In this document: piece after piece, positions 9,688 to 19,758 of the stretch
Layout: each line of letters starts with the position of its first letter
Position numbering within the stretch: position 1 is the first letter of the stretch
Source of the DNA: Candidatus Marinacidobacterales bacterium
Lineage (GTDB): Bacteria; Acidobacteriota; Vicinamibacteria; Marinacidobacterales; DATDRI01
NCBI GenBank assembly: GCA_965219415.1
Contig: OZ244742.1
Location: 416,001-480,000 of the forward strand
Reading direction: 5' to 3'
Length of the DNA: 64,000 nucleotides
Made by a program: the position numbers and the translations under genes
The notes under the pieces: generated by a model
What the model was told of the DNA's origin: nothing
What the model saw: the letters and a program-made list of their open reading frames with translations, nothing else
Database searches by the model: none

Positions 9688-9951
9688 TCAGTCTTTCGTC
9701 TCCGCACCTCCTACCACCGGGTCCATGTTGAGGTAGTTGCCGAACTGCCTCGTGCCGCTGATAGTAGAGATAGCGTGCTTGAAGATCATCTGGTCGATCC
9801 CGTTGTTCTCCATGATGATGGCAAAACGATCGAAACTCTTGATACGCCCGCCGAGTTTCGTTCCGTTCATTAGATATACGGTTACGTTTACCCGCTCGCG
9901 CCGGGCATGGTTCAAGAAGCTATCTTGTATGTTAGGAGGCTGTTTTTGCAT
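9688..9951 (-). CDS. hfq: RNA chaperone Hfq
   Basis: NIQDSFLN, VYLMNG, FKHAISTI; follows miaA. Confidence 0.95.
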   Translation of the reverse strand: MQKQPPNIQDSFLNHARRERVNVTVYLMNGTKLGGRIKSFDRFAIIMENNGIDQMIFKHAISTISGTRQFGNYLNMDPVVGGAETKD

Positions 9952-11014
9952 GCACCCCTTCTTCCTCAATAGACGTTAGAGGAATTTCTTTTCCCTCACC
10001 CGGCGTCTGACGCGTCTGATAGTGGCACGACGTTTCTTGACGCCCACAGTCTTCTCTATGCGGGAGACGGACTAGCGGATGAAGAGACTTTTCTTGGCTA
10101 CGGAGGTATCGCTCGGTCGCCTCCACGACTTCAGGCTCATCCCCACTACCGGTAAACCAAACCACGCCCTCTTCCCGGTTAAACCAAGTCATTTGGCGTT
10201 TCGCGTATTGAAGCGTCGCTTTGAGCGTCAATTCTCGCGCCCTTTCGAGATCGAACTCACCCGCGAGGTACTGCGCCACCTGACGATAGCCGATAGCCTT
10301 GAGTACCGGCGCGTGGTTGCCGAATTCGCTCACCAGGCCCCGCACCTCATCGACCAGTCCCCCGTCGAACATCTCGGCGATGCGAGCCTCGATCCGACGA
10401 GCCAACTCTTGCCGCGCCGGCGTGATGCCGATTAAGACGACACGGTAACCCATCAGAGGCCTCGTCCGTTCTCTCATCATATCGCTCATCGGCCGTTTGG
10501 CGAGTATATTGACTTCTAGGGCCCGCACCGTTCGCACGGTATCGTTCTCGTGAATTCGTTTCGCAGACACTGGATCGAGGCGTGCCAACATGCGGTGAAC
10601 GAATCGAGAGCCGCGACGCTCCGCGATCGCTGCGATCCGGCCTCGTAGTTTGGGGTCTCGACCCGGTCTATCGAACAAACCGCGAAGCAGCGCCCTCAGA
10701 TAGAGCCCGGTGCCCCCGACCACGAGAGGTAACTTGCCCCGGCGGTCGATGTCCTCGACGATCGGCGCCGCGAGTCGAATGTAGCTGGCAGCCGAGAAGT
10801 CCCTGGACGGGTCGGCAACGTCCAGAAGATGGTGGGGAATTTCTCTTTGCTCGACGAGGGTCAACTTTCCGGTTCCGATGTCCGCGCCCCGGTAGACTTG
10901 AAGCGCGTCGCAACCAACGATCTCTCCATCAAATATTTCCGCAAGGCGTAGCGCCAGCGCACTCTTGCCGGAGCCGGTGGGCCCGACTACACCAACCAGA
11001 GCCCACCTTCTCAT
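9932..11014 (-). CDS. miaA: tRNA dimethylallyltransferase
   Basis: GPTGSGKS, DALQVYRG.DIGTGK, GGTGLY, YAKRQMTW. Confidence 0.96.
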   Translation of the reverse strand: MRRWALVGVVGPTGSGKSALALRLAEIFDGEIVGCDALQVYRGADIGTGKLTLVEQREIPHHLLDVADPSRDFSAASYIRLAAPIVEDIDRRGKLPLVVGGTGLYLRALLRGLFDRPGRDPKLRGRIAAIAERRGSRFVHRMLARLDPVSAKRIHENDTVRTVRALEVNILAKRPMSDMMRERTRPLMGYRVVLIGITPARQELARRIEARIAEMFDGGLVDEVRGLVSEFGNHAPVLKAIGYRQVAQYLAGEFDLERARELTLKATLQYAKRQMTWFNREEGVVWFTGSGDEPEVVEATERYLRSQEKSLHPLVRLPHREDCGRQETSCHYQTRQTPGEGKEIPLTSIEEEGVHAKTAS

Positions 11015-11193
11015 CCGACGAACCAGCGCACGGTGAGGAGAAGGACAAGTAGCCCGCCTAGGGTGACCGCACCGTAGATTTCAGCCGTTTGAAGTCTGGG
11101 GAGAGAGGAGGCTTCCACACGATTCATAAGAGATTGAGCGGCTTTGGTCCAATCACGCGGCAGCCGTCGTCCAATGAGTCCGCGGGAGCTCAC
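11011..11193 (-). CDS. Small single-pass membrane protein (60 aa)
   Basis: 4-nt GTGA/ATGA overlaps with both neighbours; C-terminal hydrophobic segment. Confidence 0.55.
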   Translation of the reverse strand: MSSRGLIGRRLPRDWTKAAQSLMNRVEASSLPRLQTAEIYGAVTLGGLLVLLLTVRWFVG

Positions 11194-12320
11194 TTATCTC
11201 CCCTCATCGTACGGAAAATCTGGATGAGTTGAGCTTCGTGAGAAACGCCAAGCGTTCGTTTGACCGCTAAGAGCTCCGCATAAAGAAGCTCATTGAGGGC
11301 CTCTACCAAACGGTTGCGGCGTTCGAAAGGCTTCAAACGCGACACGTTCAGTTCGATCTGGTGCGGGTCGAGCGAGCCGTCGCGGCGCAACCTAGCTCGT
11401 TCGAAGAGCGAGTGCGGCCGTCCCTTCAACTCGCCCAAATATTTCTCGAGGATGATCTCTGCAATGGGCCCCACTTCGCCCGACATGTGGCGAAACAGGT
11501 ACTTGTACATTTCGTTATATAGCTCGACCATTCCCCGGTAGTCGGCACGTTCAATAGCTTCCGGATCGAGCGGCGCATGCTTGCGGCCCTTGACTTCTAC
11601 TACCCCCACCGACATGAACGCATAGAGCACCTTGCGGGTCTCCGCCTCCCCGATCTCGCTCTCCTTGCAGATCTCGGCAACCGTGCGTAGGCCGTCCACA
11701 TGTCGGACGACATGCTCTTCGTAAGGCTCCAGGGGAAGCGGTGACAACTTTTCCGTTCTTTCCAAAATCGTGTCTACCGGAACGAAGTGGCTGCTGATCG
11801 CTCCAGCCCCACTGATACGGCGGATCCCTTCCACGATCAAGCTCTCGACTTCGAGGTTGATGGTGATTTTTTCCCCGCGCGGCCGATCGCTCTCCTCGAA
11901 CTGAAAGGAGCCCTCCTCCCACGTAAAGAGATTCCACACGATCTCTCGCACCTGCTGCTCGATTCCCCACCAGAGGTCGCGGGGAGCCAGAACGCCGCTT
12001 TCGATGAGCGCCTTACCCAGACGCTGTCCTCCACGAATCCGCTGCGATAGCTGGAGGTACTCGTCGGCGGAGATCCTGCCGCCCCGCAGCAGTACCTCGC
12101 CGAGCCGATCCTGGCTCAAGCTGGAGGCGGCGAACACAACATTCCCGTCGAGAAAATACAGGGCCTTGCGCACACCGGTCTGCACGACGGAAAGCACGCC
12201 GGTCTTTTCAGAGACCTTGAGAAAGACGAGCATCTCCGGAAGACTGACATCCGCGAGGCGCCCGCGCAGAGTGCCACCCTTGGTTAGCTCTTCCGCACTA
12301 GTTACTTCGAACGTTGACAT
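11190..12320 (-). CDS. DUF4388 (PatA-N-like) domain protein
   Basis: LRGRLADVSLPEML..KTGVL, RLGEVLL and FTWEEGSFQF patterns. Confidence 0.8.
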   Translation of the reverse strand: MSTFEVTSAEELTKGGTLRGRLADVSLPEMLVFLKVSEKTGVLSVVQTGVRKALYFLDGNVVFAASSLSQDRLGEVLLRGGRISADEYLQLSQRIRGGQRLGKALIESGVLAPRDLWWGIEQQVREIVWNLFTWEEGSFQFEESDRPRGEKITINLEVESLIVEGIRRISGAGAISSHFVPVDTILERTEKLSPLPLEPYEEHVVRHVDGLRTVAEICKESEIGEAETRKVLYAFMSVGVVEVKGRKHAPLDPEAIERADYRGMVELYNEMYKYLFRHMSGEVGPIAEIILEKYLGELKGRPHSLFERARLRRDGSLDPHQIELNVSRLKPFERRNRLVEALNELLYAELLAVKRTLGVSHEAQLIQIFRTMRGDK

Positions 12321-12410
12321 AATGGGCAGGCTGGGTATTCGATAATGCTATTGGAGGCGACGAAGGTTGTCAACTTCTGGGCATGCGGCAGCAAAGGAGC
12401 AGAGGAGCGC

Positions 12411-14660
12411 TCAGCGAACGGCGGATGCCGCCGGTACTTCGAGGGAGATCGTCGTGCCGGGATAGTAATGAGCCAGGATCTCTCTGTAGTCACCGCCCGC
12501 GGCGGCCATTCCGTAGGCGCCAACCTGACAAAGACCTACACCGTGTCCCCATCCGCGCCCGGTGAAGACCCAGGCCGCGACCTGCGAATCCGGCCCTAGC
12601 TGGCGATCCACGAAAAACAAGTTCTCGCGGATGCCTAAGCCCCGGCGGATGCCCAAGCCGGTCAATACGGTAGAGCCTTCTGCACCGACGACCTCGAGCT
12701 CAGCCACTCGGCCCGAACGACCGTATCGCAAAGGCCTCAGGTCGGTGACTCTGCCCACCGGCGTTCGAGCGTTTACGTTCTCGGTGAGCTCCGTGCTCGT
12801 CTTCCGTACTACCCATCGGGAAAAGCGCGAAGAGCGATCAAAGCTCCCACCCCGCGAGAGCAAGACCAGGAGGTCGATGCCCTCTTCACCGTCGTGAAAC
12901 AGAATGCGGTCATCCGGCATGACCCACAGCTGCGGAGAAAAGTACGTCCAATCTCCTACTCGCCGAAACAAATAGCGTCGAGGGGCAAGCCCCAACAGTT
13001 CCTCCGAATCGTCCACCTCTAATCGCATCTTATCGTCCTCGAGGCCGACGAAGCGGGCCGCACGCAAGAGGGGCTCACCGCGCCCGATAAGAAGCCGGTA
13101 GAGACTTTCCAACACCTCGCGCCGAGACAGCGCTCGTTGCGGATCCAAGCCCTCTTTGGGAGGCTGAACCACACCTTCTTCGATCCAGTGAGCGAGCATT
13201 CGCCGCTCTCCCTGAGAAAGGTGAGGAGCATCTGCGGTGGGCACCAAACGGTCGGTATCCAAATTCGACAATAGGAAAGGAAGTCGACCCTCCCAACAGA
13301 GAGCGTCCGCCAGTGAACGGGCGAAGTGGCCGGCGCTCACCTGTCCATTTCCTCCCGAAATCGCCCTGCATTGCTTTTGCCCCAAGCTCCTAAACGCACT
13401 CGCGGACCAGCGCGCGAACTCGCTCACCGTGACCGGCCGAGACACTTCCAGTGCCGCAAGCTCCTCCTCGGGTATCACACCCAGAGTTACCGCGCCGGCC
13501 AGCTCCGGGCTCAACGCCTTGGACACCGTGGCGCGAAGCTCGACGATGGGCGATTCCCGATAACACAGCCGGCTCACGAGATAGGGAAAGGAAGGACCGT
13601 CGAACACGTTCTCCACGTTTTCCGTTCGTCCACCGCAAGTCGACGTATACATTGCGTCCACCGGCTTTCCCTCATAGGTCAACAACTCGCCCCGCGTGGC
13701 GGCGACGGCCTCGTTGCTCATTCGCTGTTCGACTCCCGCACCTCGGTAAACCTGGCAGGCCGGCGTATCACATATGTCGAACCCCTCGGCCATAAACTGC
13801 CCACGGTGCTTCACCGCATACGTGCGAGCAGCGACAGCCTGCGCCTTGATGGCTTCGAGCTCAGGAAAGACCGCTGGCGATAGTTCCGCGGGAACGACAC
13901 CCTTCAAGTAATCCTCCAGGTTCAACTCGTTGATCACCGTGAAACGATTGGAGGCATTCACACGGATCTCGATCACTCCTCGGTACGGCGCCTCGTCCAC
14001 TTCGAGCCACGCGTCGGACGAGGCGGGCCAGGCCGTCAAGGACATCGCGCTGGTGTAAATTGGAGGAGACTCCGCGGGTCGCAGCACCAGGCGTCGCGGA
14101 CGATGGGAGCTCGAGGGTTCGGAGACGATTCGCAAACCCTCGTAGCCTCTTCGCGCCAGCTCCTCTTTTTCGGCCACTGCCCCCTGCTCGGTGCTCCAGC
14201 TGCCAACACGGACTGCGAACCTACCGCTACCCGCCTCCCGGGCTATGTCTCCCGAAGTCCCAGTCTCGTCTTCGATCGTTTGTAAGAGTTTCTGTGCCCG
14301 TTCGCGGTCCGGTGACGATGCAATCTGGATACGGAAAACGACTCCTTCGGCACCCACTAACGCTTCCCTCTCCACAAGCAGGTCGTGTGTCCGTATCTTC
14401 TCGTCCCCGGCGAATAGGACGAAGGCTTGCGGCGCAGTCAATCGAACCACCTCGGCTCGCGTAGTGAGCCCGACGCGGATCCGGGGTCGAGGCGCCAAGT
14501 GGTCGATAGGAATTGGTGGCGAGAGGACGTCGGTCTCGACCGGACCAGCTGGAACTGTGGCAACCGCGGGAACTGTGTTTGGGGGTGGCGCGGGTGGAGG
14601 CGCTTTTCCACCACACGCGGAGACGACGAACAGCGAAAAGAGAACTGACTTGCGAGGCAC
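12411..14660 (-). CDS. SpoIID/LytB family lytic transglycosylase lipoprotein with SPOR-like domain
   Basis: Lipobox VSAC; YLKGVVPAE, KAQAVAARTY, CQVY, STCGG.TE, GWGHGVGLCQ.GA motifs. Confidence 0.88.
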   Translation of the reverse strand: MPRKSVLFSLFVVSACGGKAPPPAPPPNTVPAVATVPAGPVETDVLSPPIPIDHLAPRPRIRVGLTTRAEVVRLTAPQAFVLFAGDEKIRTHDLLVEREALVGAEGVVFRIQIASSPDRERAQKLLQTIEDETGTSGDIAREAGSGRFAVRVGSWSTEQGAVAEKEELARRGYEGLRIVSEPSSSHRPRRLVLRPAESPPIYTSAMSLTAWPASSDAWLEVDEAPYRGVIEIRVNASNRFTVINELNLEDYLKGVVPAELSPAVFPELEAIKAQAVAARTYAVKHRGQFMAEGFDICDTPACQVYRGAGVEQRMSNEAVAATRGELLTYEGKPVDAMYTSTCGGRTENVENVFDGPSFPYLVSRLCYRESPIVELRATVSKALSPELAGAVTLGVIPEEELAALEVSRPVTVSEFARWSASAFRSLGQKQCRAISGGNGQVSAGHFARSLADALCWEGRLPFLLSNLDTDRLVPTADAPHLSQGERRMLAHWIEEGVVQPPKEGLDPQRALSRREVLESLYRLLIGRGEPLLRAARFVGLEDDKMRLEVDDSEELLGLAPRRYLFRRVGDWTYFSPQLWVMPDDRILFHDGEEGIDLLVLLSRGGSFDRSSRFSRWVVRKTSTELTENVNARTPVGRVTDLRPLRYGRSGRVAELEVVGAEGSTVLTGLGIRRGLGIRENLFFVDRQLGPDSQVAAWVFTGRGWGHGVGLCQVGAYGMAAAGGDYREILAHYYPGTTISLEVPAASAVR

Positions 14661-15859
14661 TAGAAAAGATCGTAAGGGCGCTCGTTGTACCAAAATACCA
14701 GAACGAACTCGAAGCGATCGTCAGGATAGTCGGGAGGCAGCGGCTTCAGATCGGCCGCGCGGAGCGCCCCCACCGCGATGTTGTCGAATCCAGCCGTCCC
14801 GGAAGGGACCATGACTTGGAGCCCATCGATGTCACCGTTGCGAACCACCGAGACCGCCACCGCGACGTGACCGTGGCGCCAAGCGACCACTGAGGGCATC
14901 CCAGCCATCCAGTGGCGACGCACGTCCGTCAACATGCGACGAAGCCAAGGAATGAAATCAGCGCCTTTATCGTCGTAGTAAAGGGTATTGTCTCGTCCAG
15001 TAACTAACCCGCCTTCCGGGTTGTGAAACTGCTTACCTTGCATGAAGCGACGAATGTCTTCGAACTGCCCGCCGCCGCCGTCCTCACCCAGATCGCCGTT
15101 GCCGCCGGCCGGGGGAAGTGGTGTTGGTAGCTCGGGCGCAAGCCGCGGCCGCGTAAACGAGAACCCGCCTTTCGGAAGCAGATCGGCAAGTTTCGTTTCG
15201 GTTTGCTCGTCCCCTTCTCCCTCGCCCTCAGGAGCGTCTGGCTCTCCCTCATCACCCTTTTCACCGGGATCCTCGAGCTCTTTATCGGTGTAGAACTCGT
15301 CGGCATTTCCCTCCGAGAAGGGCAGATCGGTTTGGAAATCCTGCCGTTTGTCGGGCGGCGCGGGCTTCGTCGCTTTGGGAATCATCATCCGATTGGGATT
15401 CTGAGACTGTGGAGGAGGGGGAAGCGCGGGAACTACGAGCGGCGAAGCAGGAGCGGGAGCAGGCGGCTCCATGAACAAGACCAAGCGCTCCTTTTCCTTT
15501 TCATGCATGTTGAGCGCACGATCGGAAGGAGCCAACAAATCGGGTTTGACGATCACGATGATGAAGATGATCAAATGGAGAATCGTCGAGGCCAGAAATC
15601 CTTCTCGACGGATACTGCTGAGTGCGATGCCTCCCGGAACCGGAAGCTCCACGCTGCCGCCATCGGCGGGCCCAAGAAGTCCTGGGAAAAGAAACTGCTC
15701 GCGATCGGCAAGAGGGATGAAGGCCTCGAACCCGAGTCCCTGTTGAGGAGCGGCCTCTACCTCGGCGAGACTCTTGCGGCGTCTTCTCTTCGGGGCAACC
15801 GGCGAACCGCGACGGACACCGGCGAGCTGTCTCCCATGTCCATACCCGGTGCGGTGCAA
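14660..15859 (-). CDS. TonB/TolA-like protein (TM anchor, Pro/acidic linker, TonB_C domain)
   Basis: S..LH TM motif; Pro-rich spacer; C-terminal SG...FD..A..ALR...PLP; start uncertain. Confidence 0.75.
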   Translation of the reverse strand: MHRTGYGHGRQLAGVRRGSPVAPKRRRRKSLAEVEAAPQQGLGFEAFIPLADREQFLFPGLLGPADGGSVELPVPGGIALSSIRREGFLASTILHLIIFIIVIVKPDLLAPSDRALNMHEKEKERLVLFMEPPAPAPASPLVVPALPPPPQSQNPNRMMIPKATKPAPPDKRQDFQTDLPFSEGNADEFYTDKELEDPGEKGDEGEPDAPEGEGEGDEQTETKLADLLPKGGFSFTRPRLAPELPTPLPPAGGNGDLGEDGGGGQFEDIRRFMQGKQFHNPEGGLVTGRDNTLYYDDKGADFIPWLRRMLTDVRRHWMAGMPSVVAWRHGHVAVAVSVVRNGDIDGLQVMVPSGTAGFDNIAVGALRAADLKPLPPDYPDDRFEFVLVFWYNERPYDLF

Positions 15860-15964
15860 TGGCGTGTCTCGCGTGGCCCTATCGCTCGAAGTGCCTGCAT
15901 GTGAGGGCCCTCTGGATTATAGCCAGCAGTGGCTGCCTGGCCAAGTCGATGGCCAGCGAGGTTC

Positions 15965-16930
15965 TTAAGGGGCGCCGCCTTCCGCCATCGCCTCCATTAC
16001 ACGGTGCGCCAACCGAAGTGCCTTCAGCCCGTCCGCTCCGGAAATGCGGGGCGTGCCGCCCGCAATCACCGCCTCTAGAAAATCTTCCAATTCTCGTTTG
16101 AGTGGCTCCTGGCTCTCGGATGGAAGCTTCTGCCGAACAACTTGGGGCCTCCCCTGGCCCTTCTCCAACCGGTAGGACCAGGCTTCCTGAGCCAAATAGT
16201 CCAACGACACGTAGCTCTCCCGCTCCCAGACCCGCAACTTTCGCATCTTTTCTTGAGATATGCGGCTAGCGGTCAAGTTTGCGACACAGCCGGACTCGAA
16301 ACGCACGCGGGCGTTGGCGATATCCGCCTTTTCCGTCAAGACCGGCACCCCAACCGCCTCGACGTGTTCGACGTCAGATCCAACCAGCGCGCCGACGACG
16401 TCGAGATCGTGGATCATCAAATCCAATACCACGTCGATGTCCAAGCTTCGCGGGTTGAAAGATGCGAGGCGATGGACTTCGATGAAGCGGGGGTCCTTGC
16501 AATAGCCGAGAAGCGCCTCCACCGCGGGGTTGTATCGCTCGGTGTGACCGACCCCGAGGATCCTTTGGTTCTCCCGGGCCGCGTCCAACATCTCTTCCGC
16601 CTCATCCAATGCCGCGGCCATCGGCTTTTCGACCAAGACGTCTACCCCCGCCTTCATGATGTCGACCGCGACTTCATGGTGGGTGACCGTCGGCACGGTA
16701 ACACTTGCGGCTCGGACGCGGGGAAGAAGCTCGCGGTAGTCGGTGGTTGCGGCTACTCCGAACTTATCGGCCACCGATCGGGCTCTATCGAGATCTAGAT
16801 CTGCCACACCCACGAGCTCGGCTCGAGGCAGATCCGCATAGACGCGGGCGTGACGACTTCCCAAAGCGCCCACCCCGACGACAGCTACCGGGACCGGACT
16901 CTCCCCGTCCAGCTCGCTGCTTCGACTCAC
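15965..16930 (-). CDS. Gfo/Idh/MocA oxidoreductase (GnnA-like)
   Basis: GVGALG, EKPMA, GHTERYNP, DLMIHDLD motifs; directly downstream of lpxA-lpxI. Confidence 0.85.
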   Translation of the reverse strand: MSRSSELDGESPVPVAVVGVGALGSRHARVYADLPRAELVGVADLDLDRARSVADKFGVAATTDYRELLPRVRAASVTVPTVTHHEVAVDIMKAGVDVLVEKPMAAALDEAEEMLDAARENQRILGVGHTERYNPAVEALLGYCKDPRFIEVHRLASFNPRSLDIDVVLDLMIHDLDVVGALVGSDVEHVEAVGVPVLTEKADIANARVRFESGCVANLTASRISQEKMRKLRVWERESYVSLDYLAQEAWSYRLEKGQGRPQVVRQKLPSESQEPLKRELEDFLEAVIAGGTPRISGADGLKALRLAHRVMEAMAEGGAP

Positions 16931-16937
16931 TGGCGGC

Positions 16938-17783
16938 CTACACCGCTCCGACAACGACGATCTTGGCGTCGTTGGCCTTTTCCAGCAGCGTTTCTCGCTC
17001 CAACAACAGACTCTTCTCGGCCTGCAGCGCCAGCACTGCGCAGCCGACATCGGCCATGACTTCTATGGTCCGTGGACCCACTACCGGCACGTCGAACCGC
17101 ATGTCCTGCGAGGGTCGAGCCACCTTCGCCACCGTCAAACCGCCAGCAACGATGCCGCCCGCCCGCCGGATGGTCTCGTCGGTTCCCTCCATCGCCTCCA
17201 CCGCTACCACCGCCCCGCTTTTGACGACCACCGTTTGCCCGATATCGAGTCGCGTTATCTCGCGAGCCGTTCGCAAACCGAACGCGATGTCTTTTTTCTC
17301 TTCCGAGCTTGGCTTTCGCTTTCCCAAGACTCCCTCCGTCGCAACCAAGGAACGCAGGAGCGAAGTCGAGTCCAACAAATGAATGCCTTCCTCCGCCAGC
17401 ACATCCGCCACCGCACCGAGTATCGCATCGGTGTTTCGAGACTTCATTCGCGACAAGACTCGAAGCAGCCCCGGATCGGGCCGGAGTGAGCGAAAAATCT
17501 TCTTGTGCTTGACCTGCCCAGCCATGATCGCCCGACTCACGCCCGCTTTCTTGAATAGCTTGATGCAGCGGCTGACCTCCCCGAGACCGATCCAATGCAC
17601 GGTGACTCCTCGGTCCTCGATACGGGAGTCCGTCTCCCCCTCGATGGCAAGCGCGATGACCTCGACGCCGCGCCGACGCGCCTCGTCTAGGACGAGTAAT
17701 GGGAACTCCCCATTGCCTGCGATGAGACCGAGCGCGCTGTTAGGGGGTATCGGTTGGCTATCGGCGGGCTCGGAAGAGCTCAA
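16938..17783 (-). CDS. lpxI: UDP-2,3-diacylglucosamine diphosphatase LpxI
   Basis: GLIAGNG.FP, DIGQTVVV, AVEAMEGTD, QDMRFDVPVVG. Confidence 0.93.
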   Translation of the reverse strand: MSSSEPADSQPIPPNSALGLIAGNGEFPLLVLDEARRRGVEVIALAIEGETDSRIEDRGVTVHWIGLGEVSRCIKLFKKAGVSRAIMAGQVKHKKIFRSLRPDPGLLRVLSRMKSRNTDAILGAVADVLAEEGIHLLDSTSLLRSLVATEGVLGKRKPSSEEKKDIAFGLRTAREITRLDIGQTVVVKSGAVVAVEAMEGTDETIRRAGGIVAGGLTVAKVARPSQDMRFDVPVVGPRTIEVMADVGCAVLALQAEKSLLLERETLLEKANDAKIVVVGAV

Positions 17784-18595
17784 ACCGGCTCGCCCCGCTC
17801 TCGGCCACGCTTGATCACTACCCCCCTCTTGGAGGAGCGGATGAAGTCCACCAGGAGGCGGACGTCCTCGTTCGCCAATTCCCCTTCGAGGCGACCGAGG
17901 GCCTGCGAGACGTTGAGCTTCGACTGCTGCAGGATGCGAAACGCGTGACGGAGACCGGAGATGCGTTCTCGAGAGAATTGACGCCGCGCCAAACCGACGG
18001 TGTTGATTCCGTACAGACGGGCGCGGTTACCGACCGTTCGCGAAAACGGCAACACGTCTTGAGTCACAACGGTGTAACCGCCGACGAAGGCATAGGGACC
18101 GACGCGACAAAACTGATGGACCCCGCTGTAGGCACCGATGGTCGCGTGATCTTCAACGAGCACGTGACCGGCCAGTGTCGCACCATTCGCAAAGACGGTG
18201 GAATTGCCGATGATGCAATCGTGGGCGATATGAGTGTAGGCCATGAAAAGGTTGGAGTCACCAATCACAGTACGCCCACCACCCCCGATGGTTCCACGAT
18301 GAATGGTTACGAACTCGCGGAAGACGTTATCGTCGCCGATCTCGAGTGTGGATTTTTCACCTCGGAACTTCAGGTCCTGGGGTTCCAAGCCAACCGACGC
18401 AAACGGGAACACCCGACAACGCTCCCCGATGGTGGTATAGCCGTCGACGACCGAGTTTACTTCCACCACGGTGTCCCGGCCGATGGTAACGTGCTCTCCG
18501 ACCACGGCGTAGGCACCAATACGCACTCCGTCCGCCAGTCGAGTCCCCGGTTGCACGATCGCCGTAGGATGACACTCTACGGTCGCGGCTTTCAT
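17780..18595 (-). CDS. lpxA: UDP-GlcNAc acyltransferase
   Basis: Hexapeptide repeats; PQDLKF, HIAHDC, HQFCRVG. Confidence 0.96.
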   Translation of the reverse strand: MKAATVECHPTAIVQPGTRLADGVRIGAYAVVGEHVTIGRDTVVEVNSVVDGYTTIGERCRVFPFASVGLEPQDLKFRGEKSTLEIGDDNVFREFVTIHRGTIGGGGRTVIGDSNLFMAYTHIAHDCIIGNSTVFANGATLAGHVLVEDHATIGAYSGVHQFCRVGPYAFVGGYTVVTQDVLPFSRTVGNRARLYGINTVGLARRQFSRERISGLRHAFRILQQSKLNVSQALGRLEGELANEDVRLLVDFIRSSKRGVVIKRGRERGEPV

Positions 18596-19032
18596 GCGGG
18601 ATCCACTCCGGTCAGCGTTAGCTCGGCCTCCGCGGCGAGTTGTCCATCGACCTCGGCGCGGCCAGCCAATTTGCGAAAATTACCGCGGGCCTTGCTCACG
18701 CTGACTTCAATGGTGAGCTGATCTCCTGGAACGACCGTACGTCGGAACTTGGCGTTATCGACTCCCACGAGGTAGAAGGTTTTCCCCGCTGCGCTACCGT
18801 CCTCGGGCAGAACCAAGATCCCACCCGCCTGAGCCATCGCCTCCAATATGAGAACGCCTGGCATCAAAGGTAGGCCCGGGAAGTGCCCTTGGAAAAATTC
18901 CTCGTTAACGGTGACGTTCTTGAGGGCGACGATGCGACGGCCGGGATCGAGCTCGAGCACTCGATCCACGAGCAGAAAAGGGTAGCGGTGTGGAAGCCGC
19001 TCCATGATCTGCTGAATTTCGAGCCGGGGCAC
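18592..19032 (-). CDS. fabZ: 3-hydroxyacyl-ACP dehydratase
   Basis: [29 protein letters not shown]. Confidence 0.97.
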   Translation of the reverse strand: MPRLEIQQIMERLPHRYPFLLVDRVLELDPGRRIVALKNVTVNEEFFQGHFPGLPLMPGVLILEAMAQAGGILVLPEDGSAAGKTFYLVGVDNAKFRRTVVPGDQLTIEVSVSKARGNFRKLAGRAEVDGQLAAEAELTLTGVDPA

Positions 19033-19054
19033 GACGGAGAACTCCTGACGAGCT

Positions 19055-19657
19055 CTAGTTCTGCGGCGGATCCAACGGAGGGAGGGGGGTTTCCGTTCCT
19101 GCGTCAGCCCCTGTCGGCGCCGCGGCGTCAGCCGGTGGCTCGGAATTCAAGCGCTGAATGACCATCGGGGTCAGGTCGAGGCTTGGATCGAGAACAAAGG
19201 TGAGTCCAGGTGTGGAACGGAAGATCAGGCCAATGCCTGCCTCCCGCGCAACCACCTCCACGATCGGACCGAGCTTCGCCTGGAACGCGGCTTCCTCCTG
19301 TTGCTGTTTTTCTTGGAACTCACGTTGCGCGTCCTCCAACCAACGCGTGGCATCGGTACGCTTTCGCTCGATCTCGCGCTGCAGCCGCGCCTTGGCGTCC
19401 TGGGAAAGAACATCCGAAGCCGCCTTGGTCTGCAGGTCCCGAATCTCCTGCTCCCTTTGTTGACGTTCACTCGCCAACTTGTCGTTCTCCAACTTGAGCT
19501 TCTCGAAAAGCTCCTTGCCGGGGTTCGATTCTTGCGCAACTCGATCGATATCGATAACGGCGATCTTCACTTGGGGGGTAGAACCGACTTGTCCTGCACT
19601 CACAGCGGGCAAGGCGGCAACGAAGGCGGCCCCCATGGCAAACGATATGAACTTCAT
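19055..19657 (-). CDS. skp: OmpH/Skp periplasmic chaperone
   Basis: Signal peptide, KIAVIDI, long coiled coil, DLT..VI; downstream of bamA. Confidence 0.88.
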   Translation of the reverse strand: MKFISFAMGAAFVAALPAVSAGQVGSTPQVKIAVIDIDRVAQESNPGKELFEKLKLENDKLASERQQREQEIRDLQTKAASDVLSQDAKARLQREIERKRTDATRWLEDAQREFQEKQQQEEAAFQAKLGPIVEVVAREAGIGLIFRSTPGLTFVLDPSLDLTPMVIQRLNSEPPADAAAPTGADAGTETPLPPLDPPQN

Positions 19658-19758
19658 AGCAACTCCTTTTAACATGACTTCTTGTACTCCTTACGAATGA
19701 TCTGTCCGGCTCGCCAGCGACTGACTTCGATGTCCGTCGAAGTGGAAGCACCCCGGCA

